Shown piece by piece: positions 8,548 to 14,996 of a stretch of DNA of 32,000 bases (within the stretch, counting starts at the first letter, position 1; the number at the start of each line of letters is the position of its first letter). The notes beneath the pieces were generated by a model. It ran no database searches. It saw only the letters and a program-made list of their open reading frames with translations, and was not told the origin of the DNA. This DNA is from Puniceicoccales bacterium. GTDB taxonomy: Bacteria > Verrucomicrobiota > Verrucomicrobiia > Opitutales > UBA9783. The stretch covers positions 1 to 32,000 of the forward strand of contig JAIRMU010000010.1 in NCBI GenBank assembly GCA_031258545.1. Direction: 5' to 3'. Both the position numbers and the translations under genes were made by a program.

Positions 8548-8874
8548 CTAGAAGATTGAGACATACGAATGTAAGCTAAATGTGGCTGTCGGGCCACATT
8601 TTCCATCCAAAACCCAAACGACAACCTCTGCTTTCTCCAAAATGCCTCTGATACGGTCTTCAACCAAATTTGCAAATAAGTTGTCGGGACTGCCTATGCC
8701 GCCACTGTCCACAAGTTGAAATTTTTTATCCACAGTCATCGACAAGAAATCACGCGTTACACCGGGTTGATCGTGCACAATCGCCATGCGACTTTGACTT
8801 AAACGATTGAACAAAGTACTTTTGCCAACGTTGGCGCATCCAAATAAAAGTACTTTGGGTAAAGCGTTGTGCAT
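8548..8874 (-). pseudogene. Truncated duplicate of the der 5' end (codons 1-93 plus 15 unrelated codons)
   Basis: MHNALPKVLLFGC(A/T)NVGKST...VLDGKCG matches der with 7 of 93 differences, then diverges and stops. It lacks G4, the second GTPase domain and the KH domain. It lies in the right arm of the inverted duplication. Confidence 0.88.
8578..8601. other. Perfect 9-bp stem, 6-nt loop palindrome at the inner breakpoint of the duplication
   Basis: AAATGTGGC tgtcgg GCCACATTT. The right half is the last 9 nt of the duplicated der sequence; the left half is its inverted copy. There is no T-run on either strand, so it is not called a terminator. Confidence 0.8.
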
Positions 8875-9540
8875 AATTGCTTTATTTCTGTTTAAAGTTT
8901 GTATTTTTGCAAGTTATTTGTGGGACCAAATGAGGGTGAAACTTGGGAACACGTTGGTCGTTTACCTAAATCCAGATTCTCGGTTTAACACCCAATATTT
9001 CCTGCTACACCGTGATAAAAGATTAACCCCGTATGTGCGGTTACGTACTTGTAAAATCCTTGGGAATTATGTTGTACAAAACAAATTACTGAATTACATT
9101 TGATGGCGAATGAACTTTTCAAAATCTGTGAGTATAACATTTCATGGATGATGATAGACTTATAATACCATAAGCCGGCAATGTGTCATAAAGTTCAACC
9201 TTCAACATGAGTCAGTCTACAATCTATAAGTTTTGAAAATCCTCCGAGAAATTATGTATGTACGCGTATATTCAAGAGGACTGCATCCGTTTTACTACCA
9301 CCGACTGGAGTTGATAAAACTGTTTTGAATATCTCTGGGAATGATGCAATACGACGAAAAACGAAATCACATCCGTCTTACCGCATATCAATCTTAACCC
9401 ATAAACCCAGTTTTACCGTAAGACAAACATCCCCTTGGCCATTGCATCGGATAATTGAATTTTCCTTCAAAACCCTCCGCAAATACCATGAAAAACCCTT
9501 GACAGAGGTAGGTAGGGAAGGATAGAATAATTTAACTGTG
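8594..9540. repeat. Right arm of the inverted duplication; carries roughly 300 bp extra relative to the left arm
   Basis: Reverse-complement match to 111-758. The distance from the der ATG to the module -35 box is 624 nt here and 325 nt on the left. The extra DNA lies roughly at 9128-9420. Confidence 0.88.
9499..9528 (+). promoter_or_regulatory. Sigma70-type promoter of pilin-like gene A (module copy 2)
   Basis: TTGACA (9499-9504), 18-nt spacer, TAGAAT (9523-9528), then AATTTAACTGTGAAGACCTCAA. Nearly identical to copy 1. Confidence 0.65.
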
Positions 9541-9614
9541 AAGACCTCAAAGCGTCTGAGCGCTTAGTTGCCAACCTCATTCCGGAGGTCGAAGACCTCG
9601 GTCAACGGTTGGGA
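9538..9614 (+). promoter_or_regulatory. Conserved 5' leader, copy 2: 9-codon GTG mini-ORF, 20-nt invariant box, and a segment complementary to the box that contains the TTG start
   Basis: GTG 9538 to TAG 9567 encodes MKTSKRLSA. The box TTGCCAACCTCATTCCGGAG (9568-9587) is identical in copy 3. CAACGGTTGGGA (9603-9614) contains GGTTGG, complementary to CCAACC in the box, and the TTG start at 9609. An inner hairpin GAGGTC-gaa-GACCTC sits at 9585-9599. Confidence 0.4.
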
Positions 9615-10457
9615 GCCGATCGAGAATCGGAACTAAGTCGAGAGTGGGAAGCCGTCTGTAAATTAAGACTAAGCCAGAAATCGAGACCGATCCAGAGATT
9701 GGCCCTAAATCAACTGTCTGGATCAAGTCGAGACCTGGAGCCAAAACAAAAGTTAAAGTCGGTTCGAGGGCCAGAGCTAAGCCAGGGATTAGGATCGGTC
9801 CGGAGATTTGACCCCAATCGAAGATCCGATCGAGGATTACCTCGAAAATTGGAAGCGAGTCGGGACCTATGGTCGGTTTATGAATCAGAGTCTCCATCCC
9901 CATCCGTAACCCGAAAAGGTTTTACGCTCATCGAAATCGTTGTCACCCTGTGCATCGTGGCCATCCTGACCGCCATTGCCATTCCTGGCTTTAGGAAAGC
10001 CACGGAAGATTTTCGATTGAATTCCACACTCGAAGACACGGTGGACATACTCAAAGCCTGCCGCAATTACTATCTCATCTTTAATGAGTTCCCTCTGGAT
10101 TCATGCGATAGTGTCATACCGAATCGCCTGAGGCTATTTGTACCCCATCGTCTTATTAACACCGCAACGGGCAAATGGAATGCCCTTCCACTAGGCAATA
10201 AAGCCTACAGTTATGACATCGACAATTGGATGGGTAATACCTCCAACAAACAACACAGTATAGGTATATCACTGTGCGGCATCAGACAAAATACTGCCGA
10301 TTGGAATAAGTGTTATAATAAGTTTAAGTCGCGTATAGGAGAGAGGTATATTACACCCTGGTCGGTTAGTTCTTATTACATGATATGCCTTTTACCCGAA
10401 TGTCCTGGATCGACGGATCATAATAGAAATACGACGTGGGAAAATCGATACTATTAG
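9609..10457 (+). CDS. Type IV pilin / pseudopilin-like protein A with a long N-terminal extension; start codon unresolved
   Basis: Prepilin motif RKG|FTLIEIVVTLCIVAILTAIAIPGF (G at 9918-9920, E at +5) followed by a ~178-aa Cys-containing domain ending PECPGST...WENRYY. The frame is open from 9531. The first canonical start is TTG 9609, giving a 104-codon leader. There is no in-frame ATG before the motif. Confidence 0.8.
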   Translation: MGADRESELSREWEAVCKLRLSQKSRPIQRLALNQLSGSSRDLEPKQKLKSVRGPELSQGLGSVRRFDPNRRSDRGLPRKLEASRDLWSVYESESPSPSVTRKGFTLIEIVVTLCIVAILTAIAIPGFRKATEDFRLNSTLEDTVDILKACRNYYLIFNEFPLDSCDSVIPNRLRLFVPHRLINTATGKWNALPLGNKAYSYDIDNWMGNTSNKQHSIGISLCGIRQNTADWNKCYNKFKSRIGERYITPWSVSSYYMICLLPECPGSTDHNRNTTWENRYY

Positions 10458-10792
10458 ACGAATTCCTTATTTATTTGGATTCAATACTTGGAGTTATGTG
10501 TGGGTAAAAGGTAAAACCATGACATCCTTTTAATTTGAGTAAACAATCGATGAATCCGCGTTAAAAAAACGAAGGCATCCATTATTTACAAGTCCAGCCC
10601 TTCAGGAAGTTAGTGGAACGCATCTGTTCTGACGACAATTGCGATGTAAAAACCATGACGCCATTAGACTAACCATTTTCCCCAAAAACAATCTTGTGAA
10701 CCAAAGCAATAGGTGATTTAGGAGAAATTTGCCATATGGCGTCTTGGGGAGTTAATCCCGGCAATGAATTCTAGAAAAAAGATCCAATCTCC

Positions 10793-10820
10793 TTGACAAA
10801 GAACAAAAAACGACTATAAT
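10793..10820 (+). promoter_or_regulatory. Sigma70-type promoter of pilin-like gene B (module copy 3)
   Basis: TTGACA (10793-10798), 16-nt spacer, TATAAT (10815-10820), then AACTTAATTGTGAAGAC. Confidence 0.65.
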
Positions 10821-10829
10821 AACTTAATT

Positions 10830-10906
10830 GTGAAGACACCGAGATCTCTGACCGTTTAATTGCCAACCTCATTCCGGAGCTAAAGGACCCCAGGCAACGG
10901 TTGGGA
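10830..10906 (+). promoter_or_regulatory. Conserved 5' leader, copy 3: same architecture and spacing as 9538-9614
   Basis: GTG 10830 to TAA 10859 encodes MKTPRSLTV. The box TTGCCAACCTCATTCCGGAG is at 10860-10879 and CAACGGTTGGGA at 10895-10906, with the TTG start at 10901. Box-to-TTG distance is 41 nt in both copies. Confidence 0.4.
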
Positions 10907-11692
10907 TCAGGTCAAAGGGTAAGATCAGATCGAGGATTGGAGTTAGGTCGAGATCTGAAACCGATCCAAAGGTCGGAACCCAGCCAAAGATCTGATCAAA
11001 GATTACCTCAAAGATTTTGGCAAAACCGGAAGTTGAGACCAACCTGGGGATTGGGATGGTTGAAGTTCTTCGGAGGTTCGGGATTATTTCACGGGGTCGC
11101 CTACACCCTACCGTTTTCGAGTAAATACCTAGAAAGGCAATCTAAGCATCCATCCGCAAGCCGTAACGGATTTACGCTCATCGAAGTTGTTGTCACGCTG
11201 TGCATCGTGGCCATCCTTACCGCCATCGCCATTCCGGGGTTTAAAAAGGCGACCGAAGATTTTCGGCTTAATGCAACGCTAGAAGATACTGTGGATATTA
11301 TGAAGGCTTGCCGCGCTTACTACCTCATCTTTAATGAATGGCCTGCTGACGCAGGTGATAATATAGAAACCAAATTGTGCCCTTTTGTACCTAATCGTTT
11401 GATGAATCCCAGCAAGCGGTGGAATCGTAGGCCATTGAATAGTACAGCCTACAACTATGATTGGGAAAATTTTGTAAGCTATGCAAACACGTTACCTCAT
11501 AGTGTTGGGATATCTCTCATAGGTATTAAATTTGGTACTGCTGTTTGGGATAAATGTTACCTTAAGTTCCAACCTGTGATTGGAGGCAAATACATTATGA
11601 GTCGTAATGATCGCATGTGTTGCCTTATGCCCGAATGCCCTGGTTCGACAAATCCTAACAGTAACACGCTTTGGGAGAATCGATACTATTAA
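10901..11692 (+). CDS. Type IV pilin / pseudopilin-like protein B, paralog of A; start codon unresolved
   Basis: RNG|FTLIEVVVTLCIVAILTAIAIPGF (G at 11168-11170). The first ~55 mature residues are nearly identical to A, the middle is diverged, and the tail PECPGST...WENRYY is shared. The frame is open from 10823. TTG 10901 gives a 90-codon leader with no in-frame ATG. Confidence 0.8.
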   Translation: MGSGQRVRSDRGLELGRDLKPIQRSEPSQRSDQRLPQRFWQNRKLRPTWGLGWLKFFGGSGLFHGVAYTLPFSSKYLERQSKHPSASRNGFTLIEVVVTLCIVAILTAIAIPGFKKATEDFRLNATLEDTVDIMKACRAYYLIFNEWPADAGDNIETKLCPFVPNRLMNPSKRWNRRPLNSTAYNYDWENFVSYANTLPHSVGISLIGIKFGTAVWDKCYLKFQPVIGGKYIMSRNDRMCCLMPECPGSTNPNSNTLWENRYY

Positions 11693-11720
11693 AAAACCGA
11701 TTTCTCGTTTGAATGGGGTT

Positions 11721-11798
11721 AACTGGACTCCTGGTATGGCAAAACTCTTTTGCGTACTTTCCAAATGTCCGGGGAAAGTTGAAAATAAATACTATTAA
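11721..11798 (+). pseudogene. Orphan 3'-terminal fragment of a further pilin-like paralog
   Basis: Translates to NWTPGMAKLFCVLSKCPGKVENKYY*. This parallels ITPW...MICLLPECPGST...WENRYY* and ...MCCLMPECPGST...WENRYY*. DNA tail GAAAATAAATACTATTAA versus GAGAATCGATACTATTAA. It begins 29 nt after the gene B stop. Confidence 0.45.
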
Positions 11799-12144
11799 GA
11801 ACTTCTCCTAATAACCGTTAAAAGTTGGCCGGAATTTTAATAATCCGAAAAACATCACCCCAATAAACATCAAATAAGTACACTCATTATTTAAAATATT
11901 TTGAGGATATTACGATGGTTCATTCTCTCATTTTAGTAAGACATGGCAGTACCCTATAAAGATTAGTGACCGTAATTGAGTTTAAAAAATACGGCCAAAT
12001 TTTACAATTTGCAGAGTTCATTGCAAGCGGCTACGGGTAAGCTTGTAGAGTCCTGGGACAGGCCAATGCAAAAAGTGGCTTGAGGCCTGACCACTTATAT
12101 GTCTAAAAAAGTTGCCACCTTAAATTTAGAAGTATAAATGTAAG

Positions 12145-14832
12145 ATGCATATGAAGTCCAGTGAAATTAGGCAAAGTTTTCTCAATTTTTTTGAAAATAA
12201 GGGACACCGCATTGTCGATTCAAGTTCCTTGCTGCCGGAAACACCTAATTTATTATTTACCAACGCCGGAATGAATCCATTGGTTCCTTATTTTTTAGGT
12301 GAGCGATGTCCGCAATACAAGCGCGTTGCCGATACACAAAAATGCATTCGAGCGGGTGGCAAGCATAATGATTTGGAGGAAGTTGGATTTGATACTTACC
12401 ATCACACGTTTTTTGAAATGCTCGGCAATTGGTCTTTGGGAGACTATTTTAAAGAAGAGGCCATTTTATGGGCCTGGGAGCTTTTGACCCAAGTTTGGCA
12501 TTTCCCCAAAGAACGTCTATACGCAACCGTTTATCGACCTGCAGTGGGCGAACCCGCAAGTTTTGATGAAGAAGCCTACGTGTTGTGGGAAAAGATTTTT
12601 TTAGCGGAAGGTATGGACCCTGGTGTCCACATCTTAACGGGTAGCAAAAAAGATAATTTTTGGATGATGGGTGATACGGGACCGTGCGGTCCGTGTTCGG
12701 AAATTCATATGGATCTTACACCCCAAGGGGATACGCAAGGTCGTTGGGTCAATCAAGGAGATGCACGCTGCATGGAGATCTGGAATCTTGTTTTTATGCA
12801 GTACAATGCGCTGCCCAACGGTACATTCGAGTTGCTCAAAAGTAGGTTTGTGGATACCGGCATGGGATTTGAGCGCGTCGCCGGAATTTTTTCAAGCACG
12901 CAAAATTTAAAAAACTTTTCCCAAACACCCTCCAATTACAACAGCGATCTGTTTACTCCCCTACTGCGTCAATTGGAACAATGGTCCGGGTACAAATACG
13001 GTGGCCGCATTGCCGCAAATTCTCAAACCATTGTCGATGCGGATACCTTAAGAGATTGTTCCTTTCGTATTATTGCCGATCACGTCAGAACGTTGACGTT
13101 TGCGATTGCGGATGGCATTTTACCAGGGAATGAAGGACGTCACTACGTTTTAAGACGTATCATTCGAAGGGCTATCCTTTTTGGACAAAAATTAAATTTG
13201 CCCAATGGATTTCTTGCAGATCTTTCCCGCATCGTCGTGCAACACATGCATACCTTTTTTAGAGAACTCATGCAACAGTCGGAGATCGTTAAAACCGTTC
13301 TTAATAATGAAGAGCAGTCGTTTAAAGTAACGCTGCAAAAGGGCCTTAATCTGTTTGAAAAGTGGTCTTCCGATAACGCATACCTAAGTGGGGACCAGGC
13401 ATTTCTGCTCTACGACACCTACGGATTTCCGCTCGATCTAACGCAATTAATGGCCAGAGAGAAAGGAATCACCGTAGACACAGCGCAATTTAACGTACGC
13501 ATGCAGGAACAAAAAGGACGTTCCAAAGCGGCGCTTAGGAAAACAACGATTGCCCTGCAGGAAAACGATTCACCTAAAACGCATTTCGTCGGATACGACA
13601 TAAGCAATTGCACCGCATACGAAAGCGTGGTCAACGATTGCGTACCAGAAGATGCAAACGTAAGTTATGTCATTACGGCATCCACCCCTTTTTACGCCGA
13701 AAAAGGAGGGCAAGTGGGCGATGGTGGCCAAATTATCTTCCAGGATGGCACCGTAGGTGAAGTTGTGAACACACGTTATCAAAATCAAATCATTTTACAC
13801 CAAGTCCTCTTACCCCATTCGACGATCATTAAATACAAACATACACCCGTTACTTTATCCGTCGACGTCGAACGACGTAAACACATCTCCCATCATCATA
13901 CGGCAACCCACATACTGCATTGGGCATTGCGAAAAATATTGGGGGAACACGTTAAACAAGCCGGATCTTGGGTGCAGGCAGATCAACTTAGATTTGACTT
14001 TTCTCACTTTGAAAAGCTCAGCGAAACAACGATTGCCGATGTGGAAAGACTCTGTTGCGAAAAAATCTTGGAAAATCTTCCCATCAGCACCCTGGAAGTT
14101 CCATTTGATCAAAAACCTAAGGACTGTTTGGCATTTTTTGGCGACAAATATGGAGATACGGTACGCGTTGTTCAAATCTTAAACTGTTCCAAAGAACTAT
14201 GCGGAGGGACCCATGCAACGCGTACAGGCGATTTAGGTTTGTTGAAAATTAAACAAGAAAGCGCTGTAGCAGCGGGCGTTCGACGGATCGAAGCCACCGT
14301 GGGTGTACATGCAATCCAGTACATCAATACCTATATTACCTGCGTGCAACAATTGGAAAAAATGATGGATTGCCCATTGCAGAAGCTCCAAGAACGATTT
14401 CAGTTACTGCAACAACAAAAAGCCGAAGTAGAAAAGCGGTATCAGCAAGCATTACAAAAGACTTCCAGTCAACTTGTTGCCGAAACAGTCACCCACAATA
14501 CGCTCTGCTGCGTTCGACTCGCACTGCAGTCCGTAGACACGCATACGCTCAAAAATCTCAGCAAACAGTACTTTAACGAACAAAAACCGGACATCTTATG
14601 CTCATTTGGAGAGCAAACGCAAAAAGGATTTGTATTTGTTTTTTGTTCAGAAAAAGCTATTCAAAAAGGATTTACGGCGTCAACACTGATTCAACGGCTG
14701 TTGCAACCCCTAGGTGCCAATGGTGGCGGTAAAGCTGATTTTGCAAGTGGTGGCGTGAAACGCAGCATCGACTTGGAACGGTACTTACAAATTTTCTCGC
14801 TGGAAAAATTTTTCAACGGGAGTAAAATTTAG
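12145..14832 (+). CDS. alaS: Alanine--tRNA ligase
   Basis: 895 aa. N-terminus (MH)MKSSEIRQSFLNFFENKGH, class II core HHTFFEMLGNWS, editing-domain metal ligands HHHTATH and CGGTH, C-terminal DHHA1-like region. The start is probably the ATG at 12151. Confidence 0.97.
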   Translation: MHMKSSEIRQSFLNFFENKGHRIVDSSSLLPETPNLLFTNAGMNPLVPYFLGERCPQYKRVADTQKCIRAGGKHNDLEEVGFDTYHHTFFEMLGNWSLGDYFKEEAILWAWELLTQVWHFPKERLYATVYRPAVGEPASFDEEAYVLWEKIFLAEGMDPGVHILTGSKKDNFWMMGDTGPCGPCSEIHMDLTPQGDTQGRWVNQGDARCMEIWNLVFMQYNALPNGTFELLKSRFVDTGMGFERVAGIFSSTQNLKNFSQTPSNYNSDLFTPLLRQLEQWSGYKYGGRIAANSQTIVDADTLRDCSFRIIADHVRTLTFAIADGILPGNEGRHYVLRRIIRRAILFGQKLNLPNGFLADLSRIVVQHMHTFFRELMQQSEIVKTVLNNEEQSFKVTLQKGLNLFEKWSSDNAYLSGDQAFLLYDTYGFPLDLTQLMAREKGITVDTAQFNVRMQEQKGRSKAALRKTTIALQENDSPKTHFVGYDISNCTAYESVVNDCVPEDANVSYVITASTPFYAEKGGQVGDGGQIIFQDGTVGEVVNTRYQNQIILHQVLLPHSTIIKYKHTPVTLSVDVERRKHISHHHTATHILHWALRKILGEHVKQAGSWVQADQLRFDFSHFEKLSETTIADVERLCCEKILENLPISTLEVPFDQKPKDCLAFFGDKYGDTVRVVQILNCSKELCGGTHATRTGDLGLLKIKQESAVAAGVRRIEATVGVHAIQYINTYITCVQQLEKMMDCPLQKLQERFQLLQQQKAEVEKRYQQALQKTSSQLVAETVTHNTLCCVRLALQSVDTHTLKNLSKQYFNEQKPDILCSFGEQTQKGFVFVFCSEKAIQKGFTASTLIQRLLQPLGANGGGKADFASGGVKRSIDLERYLQIFSLEKFFNGSKI

Positions 14833-14996
14833 TTCAATGTAGATACTTAAAAGATACCACTAGGCTTGATTGACCGGCAAAAGTGTGGCTTTTAGGTTAT
14901 TTATTGACAATAAAAGGAAGGGGGTACACGCACGCATCCATCGTTAAAATCAAATGACATTCGCATAAAAACGAGATTTTGCATTTCAAACGTTTT

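Noticed and set aside
9325-9525. 66-aa ORF inside the right-arm-specific ~300-bp segment, and the possibility that the segment is a MITE.
   Set aside because: No terminal inverted repeats or target duplication are visible. The ORF runs into the promoter and has no recognisable features.
111-9540. Inverted repeats flanking a gene block, as in a composite transposon or invertible element with its own recombinase.
   Set aside because: No transposase, integrase or invertase gene lies inside or next to the arms. The cargo is core housekeeping genes, and the arms consist of host promoter and der sequence rather than IS ends.
9577-9903. 108-aa ORF antisense to the gene A leader.
   Set aside because: It is open only because the decayed repeat (TCGAGA-type units) lacks stop codons on that strand. 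It gives a low-complexity L/P/I/G-rich translation and has no counterpart opposite the gene B leader.
10519-10664. Direct repeat GTAAAACCATGAC(A/G)(T/C)CC occurring twice, about 130 nt apart, in the gene A-gene B spacer.
   Set aside because: Only two short, imperfect copies with no associated structure or ORF. Could be chance or a minor duplication.
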